A stretch of 64,000 nt of DNA from Octopus vulgaris (taxonomy: Eukaryota), in contig OX597818.1 of assembly GCA_951406725.2 (NCBI GenBank), positions 124,434,001 to 124,498,000 of the forward strand, written 5' to 3'. The notes beneath the pieces were generated by a model, which saw only the letters and a program-made list of their open reading frames with translations, searched no databases and was not told the DNA's origin. A program made the position numbers and the translations under genes. This document shows positions 12,611 to 24,659 of the stretch, one piece after another. Position 1 is the stretch's first letter; the number at the start of each line of letters is the position of its first letter.

Positions 12611-13123
12611 TAGGTTGAGAAAAATGGTGTTTGCCACGTTAAAATAATGATTTTTTTATGCAAGAATTTATTCAAAAACAACAACGACTGTTCTTCAAAA
12701 TAAAGACCATCATTTTCCACAACCTTCTGCCAATGATCTGCAAGCTTTTGGATTTGGTCAAACTACCAATCCTTCGGCTTTGAATTGAAAAGTTCTTGAC
12801 AGATTTCTTCAACTTCATTGAATGACTTCCAATTGGTGACCTTTCATGAAGTGCTGCATTGATCGGAAGAGACCATAGTCAGATGGAGCAACACCTGGAC
12901 TGGATGCAGCAGAACTTCCACACCATCCAATTCTTCAATCTTGTTGCTTGTCATTCTGTCGGTATGCGACTTTGCATTGTCTTGTTGGAACAAAGCACAT
13001 TTTCAACAAACAAGTCTTGGGTACCTTTCAACCAGCGCATTGTAGACTTGATCAAGTTGCTCACAGCAAAGTTCAGCATTGATGGTGTGACCATCCGGCA
13101 CACAAACTTTTTCCTCAACCTAA
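12610..13123 (-). mobile_element. Internally deleted mariner transposon with both TIRs
   Basis: TIRs CTAGGTTGAGAAAAA / TTTTTCCTCAACCTAA flanked by TA; minus strand encodes ALFQQDNAKSHT...VLLHP/SPGVAPSDYGLFRSMQHFMKG/...KLADHWQKVVENDGLYFEE (mariner catalytic C-terminus, with frameshifts and a stop). Confidence 0.9.
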
Positions 13124-13797
13124 TATTATTATTATTATTAAGGCGGCGAGCTGGCAGAATGGTTAGCATGCCAGGCAAAATGCTTAGTGGTATTTCATCT
13201 GCCAAGTTCGACCTTGTTGTTCATCCTTTCAGGGTTGATATTATTATTATTATTATTATTATTATTATCAAGACCCAGTAAATAAAGTGAGTTCACGGCT
13301 GTATCCTACACCAGTTTTGCATAACCAGCACCAGCCCCAGCCCATTCAAAAGTACCTTGGATCGTAGGGTGACCTGCTGTGCTTGAGGAAACCTATTGAG
13401 TCAAGTACATCAGCATCAAAATGAAAATCAGATGGAAATTGTAGTTAGGAAGGGCATCCAGCTTTAGAAACACTGCCAGATCAGACTGGTTGCTTGGTGC
13501 AGCCTCCTGGCTTCCCAGACCCCAGTCAAACCGTCCAACCCATGCTAGCATGGAAAATGGACGTTAAACAATGATTATTATTATTATTATTATTATTATT
13601 ATCATTAAGGCAGTGATCATGCCAGGCAAAATACTTCTCAGTATTTTGTCTGTCTTCACATTCCGAGTTCAAGTTTCACCAAGGTTAACTTTACCTTTCT
13701 TCCTTTTGGTGGGGTCAATAAAATAAGTACCAGTTGTCATACCATTATCATTGCCTCAGCCACCATCACCATCAACAACAACCACAGTAAGAAAACC

Positions 13798-14026
13798 TAT
13801 TTCTTTACTACCCACAAGGGGCTAAACACAGAAGGGACAAACAAGGACAGACAAACGGATTAAGTCGATTACATCGACCCCAGTGCGTAACCGGTACTTA
13901 ATTTATTGACCCCGAAAGGATGAAAGGCAAAGTCGACCTCGGCAGAATTTGAACTCAGAACGTAACGGCAGACGAAATACGGCTACGCATTTTGCCTGGC
14001 ACGCTAACGATTCTGCCAGCTCGCCA
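13798..14026 (-). mobile_element. SINE family B, tail variant ii, with 14-bp TSD
   Basis: TSD ACAGTAAGAAAACC at 13784-13797 and 14027-14040; tail ...CCCCTTGTGGGTAGTAAAGAAATA. Confidence 0.92.
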
Positions 14027-14342
14027 ACAGTAAGAAAACCACAAGCAATAGTATTGCATCTAGCACACATCATCACTTTATTTCTTTATCCATTCATCAT
14101 CACCGCTACTAACCATCACTGCCTTTCCGAATATCTCCACTAACACTGTGTCTACCATCACCAACATTATGACCACTCATCATCATCATCATCATCATCT
14201 TCGTCATCATCACTATCAAACAGCAAATATTAGCATAAGAAAAAAAATGATACAAATTACAGAAAATCGATATTGAATAACAACACTTCAAAAACCATTT
14301 TTTTTGGACAAATAACAACAGCAGTAATGAGAAAGAAAAAAA

Positions 14343-14410
14343 CAGCAGTAGTAGTGGTAGTGGTGGCAGCAGTAGTAGTGGCAGCAGCAGCAGCAGCAGC
14401 AGTAACAGTA

Positions 14411-14480
<70 letters not shown>

Positions 14481-14585
14481 CTATAGTAGTAACAGTAGAA
14501 GTAGCTATAGTAGTAACTGTAGTAGTGGCAGCAGCAGTAGTAGTAGAAGTAGTAGTAGTAGTGGCAGCAGTAGCAGCAGCAGCAT

Positions 14586-14624
<39 letters not shown>

Positions 14625-14636
14625 CGGCAGCAGCAA

Positions 14637-14675
<39 letters not shown>

Positions 14676-14895
14676 CTATAGTAGTAACAGTAGAAGTAGC
14701 TATAGTAGTAACTGTAGTAGTGGCAGCAGCAGTAGTAGTAGAAGTAGTAGTAGTAGTGGCAGCAGTAGCAGCAGCAGCATTAGTAGTAGTAGTAGTAGTA
14801 GTAGTAGCAGTAGCAGTAGCAGTAGTAGCAGCATCAGCAGCCATAGTAATAATAGTAGTAGTAGCAGCAGCAGCAGCAGCACCAAAAGCAACATC

Positions 14896-14925
<30 letters not shown>
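14343..14925. repeat. Compound (AGT/AGC)n repeat with higher-order duplication
   Basis: Block GCTATAGTAGTAACAGTAGAAGTAGCTATAG...GCAGCATTAG occurs twice about 195 bp apart. Confidence 0.9.
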
Positions 14926-14926
<1 letters not shown>

Positions 14927-15204
14927 AAATCATGCAAGAAATTTTTTAAAATCTGCTGAAAGAAAATTTACCAAACAAAACAAAACAAAACAAAAAACAG
15001 CAAAAACAAAACAGAAAATGAGAAGAGAAAAAAAAAAACCCCTTTTCCTACAACAATCAAAGCTTGAATCTTCAGCAATAACATAATCACATAACAATAT
15101 CAGAGTTCTCTGTATGCACCGAATAGTTTGTTTCTAGCTTTAAGTAAGGAGTTAGTTTTGGTTTTGTTCCTTTTTTTTTTTTCGCTCTTTTTGGTTTTTA
15201 AAGA

Positions 15205-15235
<31 letters not shown>

Positions 15236-15721
15236 GTATGTGTGTATTTGTGTTCTGTCTTGTTTCTATGTGTGTGTGTGTGTGTGGTCGGATGTTGTTT
15301 TCTTTGGTTTCATTTTCCTCGAAAATGTTCATACATTAGATTTTTCTCTGCGATGTTCCTTGCAGAAAGGAAGATTTAACGGAACGGGGCAAAGTGTGTG
15401 TGTGTGCGCGTATGTGTGTGTGTATGCATGTGCATGTGCATTTATGTGTATGTGTGTGCATGCATGCGTGTGTGTGTGTGTAAGTGAGTGAATGGACAAA
15501 CATAAGAATTTGAAGCTGAAAACATTTAGTAGTTGTGTGTTTGTTTGTGTGTGTATGCCTATATATACACATATATGCTTAAATCTATATATATATATAT
15601 ATATATATATGCTTAAATCTATATACATGTATACATATATATCTCTGTGTTATATATATACATATATATATACATACACAAATATATTTACATCCACATA
15701 TGCACATACATATACACATGC

Positions 15722-16122
15722 ATGAGTGGCTGTGTGGTGAGTAGCTTGCATACCAACCACATGGTTCCGGGTTCAGTCCCACTGCGTGGCACCTTGGGCA
15801 AGTGTCTTCTACTATAGCCTCGGGCCGACCAAAGCCTTGTGAGTGGATTTGGTTGACGGAAACTGAAAGAAGCCCGTCGTATATATGTATATATATATAT
15901 ATATGTGCGTGTGTGTTTGTGTGTCTGTGTTTGTCCTCCTAGCATTGCTTGTCAACCAATGCTGGTAATGTTTATGTCCCCGTTACTTAGCAGTTCGGCA
16001 AAAGAAACCGATAGAATAAGTACTGGGCTTACAAAAGAATAAGTCCTGGGGTCGATTTGCTTGACTAAAGGCGGTGCTCCAGCATGGCCGCAGTCAAATG
16101 ACTGAAACAAGTAAAAGAGTAA
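15722..16122 (+). mobile_element. SINE family A
   Basis: Full family A consensus. Confidence 0.92.
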
Positions 16123-16522
16123 ATGAGAGTAAGAGTATGTGCTCAAACACACACACGCACACACACACACACACACATACACACACACATGCATACGTAT
16201 GCACAATACACACACAACACACCAAAAACGAAATATCAACCAAATAATGTGAGGATTAAAAGGAATCAAACTGATTATCTTTTATCATTTTTTTTTCCAA
16301 CATCAACATTATTGTGACTTTAATCATCACCATTGACATCTTCATCTCTTTTCATCGTTATCATTATCATCATCATTGTGTTCTTGTCATATTATTCTCA
16401 CCCATCCCTATCATCCCCTCCCCCCCCTTATTTTTCATCCCTGGCATATTCATCATCGATGTCATTGAATTTATCACAACTCTATCCCATCATTGTCGTT
16501 GTCATTGTCATCATCATCATTT

Positions 16523-16586
<64 letters not shown>

Positions 16587-16635
16587 CAGCAGCAGCTATA
16601 GTAGTAACAGTAGCAGTGGCAGCAGCAGCAGCAAC

Positions 16636-16678
<43 letters not shown>

Positions 16679-16770
16679 ACAGTAGCAGTGGCAGCAGCAG
16701 CAGCAACAGTAGTAGTAGTAGTAGTAGTAGTAGCTATAGTAGTAACAGTAGCAGTGGCAGCAGCAGCAAC

Positions 16771-16841
<71 letters not shown>

Positions 16842-16884
16842 CAGTGGCAGCAGCAGTAGTAACAGTAGCAGTGGCAGCAGCAGC

Positions 16885-16922
<38 letters not shown>

Positions 16923-16945
16923 TAGTAGTAGTAGTAGTAGTAGTG
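16523..16945. repeat. Compound (AGT/AGC)n repeat
   Basis: Recurrent AACAGTAGCAGTGGCAGCAGC units within (AGT)n. Confidence 0.92.
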
Positions 16946-17049
16946 TGCAATTTATCCTTGGGCAACAACTGTTATTTCCTGCAGCTTACCCCTAGAAAAA
17001 ATTTTAAAATAGCTAATATTTCCTTAAAAATTTGCTTTTGTTATGATAT

Positions 17050-17700
17050 TTATTCAAACCCCAAAGAATCCCTCTCAACACATGGCTATGATGCTCCCCA
17101 ACTACTCCTGCTCATGATCAGAGATGCATATATTGTCAGCCACTAAGTGACATGCTCAAGTGGTTAAGATCAAGCAACTGACAAGTAAATCCGTGGTACT
17201 GAACAGAATATTTGCTATAACGATATTTCTGCTTCAGTAACTCAGCACTGAATCTATCTGAAATGTAATGGAAAATAAGCCAGTTTCAAAACATTGATGT
17301 CCAGATCATAAAAGCAATGTTTGAAGGGAATAGTAGTCATTTCCTTTGATTTCTAGATAGAAGCAAATGATCAGAGATGCACATGTTGTCAGCTGCTAAA
17401 GGACATGCTCAAGTGATTAAAGTCAACCAACTGTCAAGCAAGTCTGTTGTATTGAGCAGAATATTGGCTATAACGATATTTCTGCTTCAGCAACTTGACA
17501 CTGAATCTGTCTTAAATGTAATGGAAAAGAGGTCAGTTTCAAAACATTGATGTTCAGGTTATGAAAGCAATGTCTGAGAGGTGTTGTAGCCATTTCCTTT
17601 GATTTGATTTCTAGATAGAAGCAAATAGGAAATTAGACTTACTGACCAAAGACAAAAGAAATTTTAATTCTGTTACACAGTGTTATCTTTACCAGCATTT
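17050..17700. repeat. Family D repeat with tandem ~250-bp duplication
   Basis: ATGATCAGAGATGCA...CTAGATAGAAGCAAAT occurs at about 17114-17368 and 17367-17627. Confidence 0.75.
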
Positions 17701-17832
17701 TAAGGTCCAGTGCTACTTTGGTGTACATTGTATTGCTGTGCAATGTAAGTTAGGTAATTCGTATATATTTGCATGCTATGAGGAGAAGAAAAACATGATG
17801 GTTCCATGTTTTAATCCTTTGTTTAAGAGAGA

Positions 17833-18010
17833 TCATCATCATCATCATCATCATCGTTTAGCGTCCGCTTTCCATGCTGGCATGGGTTGGATGGATCAAC
17901 TGGGTCTGGGAAGCCAGAAGGCTGCACCAGGCCCAGTCTGACCTGGCAATGTTTCTACGGCTGGATGCCCTTCCTAACGCCAACCACTCCATGAGTGTAG
18001 TGGGTGCTGT
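17833..18010 (-). mobile_element. Family C 3' end
   Basis: Reverse complement of the C tail with (CAT)n. Confidence 0.88.
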
Positions 18011-18207
18011 TATCTTTTTTATGTCTTCTACTTGTTTCAGTTATTGAAATTCACTCACATAATCATTAGTCAGCCCAGGGCTATAGCAGACAGTTGTCCA
18101 AGGTGCTGTGCAGTGGGACTGACTTTGAAACTATGTGGTCACAAAGTGAACTTCTTATAGCAGACAGTTGTCCAAGGTGCTGTGCAGTGGGACTGACTTT
18201 AGGAAAT

Positions 18208-18342
18208 GGAGTGGTTGGCATTAGGAAGGGCATCCAGCCGTAGAAACATTGCCAGATCAGACTGGGCCTGGTGCAGCCTTCTGGCTTCCCAGACCCAGTT
18301 GAACCGTCCAACCCATGCCAGCATGGAAAGCGGACGCTAAAC

Positions 18343-18383
<41 letters not shown>
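18208..18383 (+). mobile_element. Family C 3' end
   Basis: C tail with long (GAT)n. Confidence 0.88.
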
Positions 18384-18384
<1 letters not shown>

Positions 18385-18775
18385 CTGCCTATCTAGTTTC
18401 ATCTGTGCTCATCTACAGTTTCTTTCATTTGTTTCTCTAAAATCTTGTTCTGAAAACGTAAGTTAATGTTAATATGTTTTGTTTCTCTTCCATGCTCAGA
18501 AAAAGTAAATAGGATTATGTTTACTGTAATTTCACAACTAGATGTTCGTTCATCAGAAAGGAGGCATCTTCATTTTATACCCACAGGGAAATAAATACAT
18601 TGATAGTTACTTATAACAAATTATTAGCTGTTATACAGTTGAAGTAACCAGTCTAATTTGTATATCCTGCATTTACTGGCAGTGTTTCTGTATTGACTTT
18701 CTCACTGGTAATGATATATAAATATATATGCACAAATTTAATTCTTTTTCCGAATAAATTGCACTTCATATTTGA

Positions 18776-18856
18776 GGCTCTGATGAGGTTGTAAGGTGTT
18801 CTTCAGGCACTCTACTATGAGACCATTGCATCTTATAGCAGAAACAGCTGTAAGCT
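18776..18856 (+). ncRNA. Near-intact type-I hammerhead ribozyme
   Basis: GGCT-CTGATGA-GGTTGTAAG...CTTATAGCA-GAAA-CAGCTG-TA^AGCT; palindromic stem III ACAGCTGT; G10.1 faces A instead of C. Confidence 0.7.
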
Positions 18857-19695
18857 AATGAAGTTCATAACATAATAATTATTTCTTTTGTCATCTCATT
18901 TTCTTATTACTGCTCTATGCTCATCTAACACTTCGTTCTGAAGCAAACATGTATTGAGTTCTACACCAGGTTGTTAGTCTTGCAATGCCTAAATGAAATG
19001 TTAACTTAACAGTATATACTCTGGTGTAGGTACGGGTATAGTACAGATGCATGTATGGCTGTATGGGAAGAAATTTGCTTTTCAGCTACATGGTTTCGGG
19101 TTCAATCTTATTGCATGGCACCTTTAGCAAGTGTATTCTACTATGGTTCCAAACCAGCCAAAACCCTGTGAGTTGATTTGGTGGATGAAACTGAAAGAAG
19201 CCTGATAAATGTATATGTATATGTGTATGTGTGTTTGCATGTTACTGTCTCTTACTTTAATGTCGTGTGATAGTTTGTAAAGAAGTTTTACTGTCATTTA
19301 AACAGTGTCCTTTGTTTCTTCAGTGAAACTGTCTGATCATAGAGGCTCTCTAATTTGGAGATTCTCGAAAGCAATTTTCAAAATTTACTCACAAAATCGA
19401 AGTGCACAAAACATCTGCCATTCAAAGTTCATGAATCTTTTGTGGAAACATCTGATCATGATCATGGTGAAATATTACTTTACTTTGAAACAGGCAAGGG
19501 TTGGTGACAAGAAAGGCATCTGGCCATAGAGAATCTACTTCAACGAGGTTCTGTCTGACCCATACAGACATAAGAAAGTGGACACTGAAATAATGGTGGT
19601 GCTGGTGGCACTGGTGGTGGTGGTGGTCAATTACTGGGAATGATAGGCAAAAAATTTGCTTCATGTACAGAAGAGAATTTATCACTCATTCACTT

Positions 19696-20100
19696 CATCA
19701 TCATCATCATCATCGTTTAACGTCCGTTCTCCATGCTAGCATGGGTTGGACGGTTCAACCGGGGATCTGGGAAGCCAGAAGGCTGTGCCAGGCTCCAGTC
19801 TGATCTGGCAGTGTTTCTACAGCTGGATGCCCTTCCTAACGCCAACCACTCCAAGAGTGTAGTGGGTGCTTTTTACGTGCCACCGGCACAGGTGCCAGGC
19901 GAGGCTGGCAACGGCCATGATTGGATTGGTGCTTTTTACTTGCCACCGGCACGGAAGCCAGTCTAGGCGGTGCTGGCATCGGCCACATTTGGATGATGCT
20001 TTTTACGTGCCACCGACACAGGTTTCACAACTGCAGTTTCCATTGATCTTTGATGTTGGTGTCCTTGACTCAATGGATCTCCTCAAGCACAGGGTCAAAA
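19696..20100 (-). mobile_element. Family C long 3'UTR fragment
   Basis: C tail plus GTGCCACCGGCAC subrepeats as in 25160-25345. Confidence 0.85.
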
Positions 20101-21218
20101 CGGTGTTTCTTTACTTGCCACCTGCACTTCCTAGTTATGAAACTAGAACCATGCAAGTTTTTTAAGGCTAAAGACTTGTTAGGTTGAAAGGGTATCGAAT
20201 TTTTACATGGAATTTTTATGTAAGTGAAAGCAGAACACAAGACGCACATCCCACCTACCCCATCTGCTGGTAAGCATTTTCAACAGAGACGACTGAAGTA
20301 ACATAAATGAAGGGCAGGACATGACATGCCACCCAAACAGAGAAACAAGCTTATAACATAACAATCACGAATCCAACACCTTAACCATTAGGCCACATAC
20401 CTTTAATATGTAGGTACAGGTTCTGAAAAACCCATTTGGAGTCCAACAGAGATATTTGTACGGATACATTATAAATATACTGGCAAAGCACTCCTTTCTT
20501 ACATACAAATGTTATTTTTTTTATTCATTCTTAATATAAAATGTTGGTTTTCTTCTTTTCTTTCCATTTATTTGCCAAAAAAAAAAATTTGTTTTTCTAA
20601 TTTTCGCTTTTAGTTTTTCCCACTTTGCTATTATATTTTTCCTTTTTCAATTTCTAAATTATATTTTTAAAGGAAAACAAATTTTATTTAAATAAATAAA
20701 TAAATAAAATCCAACATAGATAAGTTGGCAATTATAAAGGCGCCTCACTGTTTTGAATACAGTATGAAATTAAATGGCTTTTGATGCAGTAAATAAAATA
20801 TTTATTACGTTCAAGCGAAGGGTGTAAACAAAAAAATAAAAAAGGGTTTTGTTGATTTTCTTCATATTGTTTACTTTGAAGATGAAAAACAATGTGGTTA
20901 TCAATTATGTTTGTTGTTATTCATTAATAATGGTGATGGTGGTGCTGGTGGTAATGGTTATAGCGGTAGTGGTGACTGTGGTGGCAGCAGCAGTGGTGGT
21001 GGTCAATGATGGTGATGATTGTTGTTGTTGTTGTTGTTGGTAGTGGTGGTGGTTGTGGTGGTAGTGGTGGTGGTGGTGCTGATGATGATGATGATGATAG
21101 CAGTAATGTAAATATTGCTTCTATTGTTTTTTCAGACATACATCAATGTTTTGTTTTCTTTCAATGTTATTTTCTCATGGATTTTTATGTGTGTATGTAT
21201 GTATGTGTGTATGTGTAT

Positions 21219-21250
<32 letters not shown>

Positions 21251-21424
21251 TGTCATCATCGTCATCATCATCACCATCATCATCATCATAACCATCATCA
21301 CCACCATCAGTCATCATAATTACGCCACTTGTTTTCCATGTTAGTGTGGGTTGCATAAATCTACAATATGATGTTATCGCAATTCTTATAGAATTTCGTC
21401 TGGTTAGATTATTATGATTATTAT

Positions 21425-22125
21425 AAGACTCTATAAATGCATATGACCTAGGTTCACCACGGAATCAGGGTTACCAGCTCAATGATCTCAGGTCACTAGA
21501 TATAGATGTGGTGACCATTGACCAGAATAGAATCTCTGAACCCTGAGACTTTATGCTCATTTTCAGTGCATACAAGGTGTATGCATCTCCAAGTCAACTG
21601 GTGTTCTAGTTGCTGTGTTCTTTCAGAAGGGCTGGATTTCATAATATGGGGCCAGAAGGTAAGCTGTTGGTACTAGATGTGACCAGCTGTGAAGGCCATA
21701 CCTTTAGACTATCAGCCATCTATGCCCCTACAGGAATTGGGCAACCTCATTTCTTTAGGCATCTGAAGGGTTTCTTTAGTGCTAGTGTGAGATTGGAATG
21801 GTTTATCGGATGTATACAAAGATTATGTAGATTTAGCCTGTTAGAGTGGTAGTATGAAAGTCTCACAAACCTGCTTGGATGTTTCCAACCCTTTGCAGCT
21901 CCTGACAGGATTTCCTAAATATGTTAATCTGAACATCAACGACCACATCAGGTCATTCAAATTGTATCTAGACAGTGTATTATGTAGATCAGATGACTGG
22001 AATAGAGTAGATCGTCCACAATTCAACACTACACTTTTGTGGTCTGTACTGTCACCTAGATAGACTTTGTAGTTAGGGACCTAGTTCCTAGAAGCTAAAT
22101 GCATTGTTCCAAGTATGTCAAGCTT
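21425..22125 (+). mobile_element. Degenerate L1/Tx1-like LINE apurinic endonuclease region
   Basis: Broken frames give INAYDLGSP...LNDLRSLDIDVV, GPEGKLLVLDV...FRLSAIYAPTG..QPHFFRHL, YLDSVLCR and a GP.WKLN-like motif near 22077. Confidence 0.65.
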
Positions 22126-22975
22126 ACAGAGGGCTCAAAGCAGAATCAATAAACAGAATACTTGCTATAACAATATTTCTGCTTCAGCAACTTGACACTG
22201 AATCTGTCTGAAATGTAATGGAAAATGGGCCGGCTTCAAAACATTGGCGTCCAGGTTGCAAAAGCAAAGTTTGAAGGGGAATGATAGTGATTTCCTTTAT
22301 ATTCTAGATAGAAGTGAATGGGATGTAACATTTTACTAACCAAAGACAACAAATATAAATTTTGTTACACAGTGTTATTATGGTAAACTAAATCAGCTAG
22401 CAACAATGACAATAGTAGTAGCAGTAGTTGTTGTTTTTACCTCAGATTACAACTTGGGTCAATCAAATTTGTGATAAAAAGCATTTTGGTCATGACTATT
22501 TCATCATTTTGAGGGTATCTAGGACTACATTATCAAATATGTTCTCTTTTTTTAAGATGGTGGAGTTGGATTTGAAAGAGATTTGAATGCTATTTCTAGC
22601 AGATCAAACTTCTTCATAAAAACTTCCATGGTAGTATAGTAAGTGGATGAGTATTTGGAGAACAAAGCATGTAATAGCTACAGATGCCAACAGAGAAGAA
22701 GTATCAAGATACATGCTAGTCTGATTCTTATGGGAATCCGGCTGGAAATGGCTTAAGCATTTCCATGACATACTTTGAAACCAGCAACAAATGTAGAAGT
22801 TTCATGAATACAGAAAATCTTTTATATAAATAATAGCTACATAAGTTATAAAACAAGAGAGAAGAGGAGGAAAAAGAGAGAGAGGTGTAAAATACATCTT
22901 ATCTCTAATGGGAATCAAAGATGTTATAATTACAGAACTTCAAGTAAACAGTCTGTATTTAAATTTTACAAATAT

Positions 22976-23380
22976 AGGCGCAGGAGTGGCTGTGTGGTAA
23001 GTAGCTTGCTAACCAACCACATGGTTCCGGGTTCAGTCCCACTGTGTGGCATCTTGGGCAAGTGTCTTCTGCTATAGCCCCGGGCCAACCAATGCCTTGT
23101 GAGTGGATTTGGTAGACGGAAACTGAAAGAAGCCTCTCGTATATATGTGTATATATATAAGAGTGTGTGTATATGTTTGTGTGTCTGTGTTTGTCCCCCT
23201 AGCATTGCTTGACAACCGATGCTGGTGTGTTTACGTCCCCGTCACTTAGCGGTTCGGCAAAAGAGACCGATAGAATAAATACTGGGCTTACAAAGAATAA
23301 GTCCCGGGGTCGATTCGCTCGACTAAAGGCGGTGCTCCAGCATGGCCACAGTCAAATGACTGAAACAAGTAAAAGAGTAA
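22976..23380 (+). mobile_element. SINE family A
   Basis: Full family A consensus. Confidence 0.92.
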
Positions 23381-23699
23381 ATAGTATAGCATATATATAT
23401 CTATATGACATAGATGAGAAAGAAAGAGGCAAAAAAAAAATACCTTACTTTTGTAAAATTAGACAAAAAGCAAAGTTGAATATTGTAGCAATATAGAATT
23501 TTAAACAAACAAGAGGCATGGGTGTAAGATCTCAGAAAACCACATTTGTGAAGTATGTGACGTATCTTCAATTCTCTGTAATAGTCATTTCATTTCACTT
23601 CCATCTCTAATACCCATAGAAAAGCATTAATGCTATTCTGTTTTAGTATTACTACACTCCTATAATAATAACAATGATAATAATAATAATATTAATAAT

Positions 23700-24080
23700 C
23701 ATCATCATTTTTATTAACGTCCGTTTTCCATGCTAGCATGGGTTGGACGGTTCGACCGGGGTCTGGTAAGCCATGGAGGCTGCACCAGGCTCCAGTCTGA
23801 TTTGGCAGTGTTTCTACAGCTGGATGACCTTCCTAACGCCAACCACTCCATGAATGTAGTGGGTGTTTTTTACGTGCCACCGGCACAGGGGCCAGAGCAG
23901 GCTGGCAAATACCCACGATTGGTTGGTGCTTTTACGTGTCACCAACATGGACGCCAGTCAGGCGATGCTAGTAACTGCCACACTCGAACGGTGCTTTTTA
24001 TGTGTCACCGGCACGGATGTCTTAACTACAATTTCCATTTGAATTTTTGATGTTGACGAACTTGACTCAACAGGTCTCCT
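23700..24080 (-). mobile_element. Family C long 3'UTR fragment
   Basis: C tail and subrepeats. Confidence 0.82.
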
Positions 24081-24089
24081 TAATGATAA

Positions 24090-24282
24090 TAATAATCCTT
24101 TCTGCATAAAGCACAAAGCCTGAAATTTGTGGCGAAGGAGCTAGTCGATTACATCAACCCCAGTGCTCCACTGGTACTCAATTTATCGATCCCAAAAGGA
24201 TGAAAGGCAAAGTCGACTTTGGTGGAATTTGAACCCAGAACATAATGACAGGTGAAATGATGCTGCCAGCTTGACGCCTTAA
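24090..24282 (-). mobile_element. SINE family B
   Basis: Reverse complement of the B core between (AAT)n tracts. Confidence 0.8.
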
Positions 24283-24347
24283 TAATAATAATGCTATTCT
24301 ATTCTAGCAGATCAAGTTTCTTCATAAAGACTTCCATTGTATATGTG

Positions 24348-24408
<61 letters not shown>

Positions 24409-24413
<5 letters not shown>

Positions 24414-24512
24414 TTTATAATGGTATAAAATACAATTATAATTAAGGGCATACAAGAGACTATGCTTATATGTCCTTAATTATAATTGTATTGTATACTA
24501 TTATAAATCTCT
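24409..24512. repeat. AT-rich imperfect inverted repeat (~44-bp arms)
   Basis: AGAGATTTATAATGGTATAAAATACAATTATAATTAAGGGCATA ... TATGTCCTTAATTATAATTGTATTGTATACTATTATAAATCTCT. Confidence 0.8.
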
Positions 24513-24597
24513 ATATATGAGATCACCTTAATAGGTCTACATTATATGCTGGCCACTGATAAAATCTGTAACCGTTTTATCCTTATCATCATCATCA

Positions 24598-24659
<62 letters not shown>

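Noticed and set aside
14257-14959. Mucin-like Thr/Ala-rich ORF of 226 aa
   Set aside because: Pure triplet repeat with no unique domain or splice support
16333-17146. Ser-, Thr- and Val-rich ORFs
   Set aside because: (AGT/AGC)n artefact
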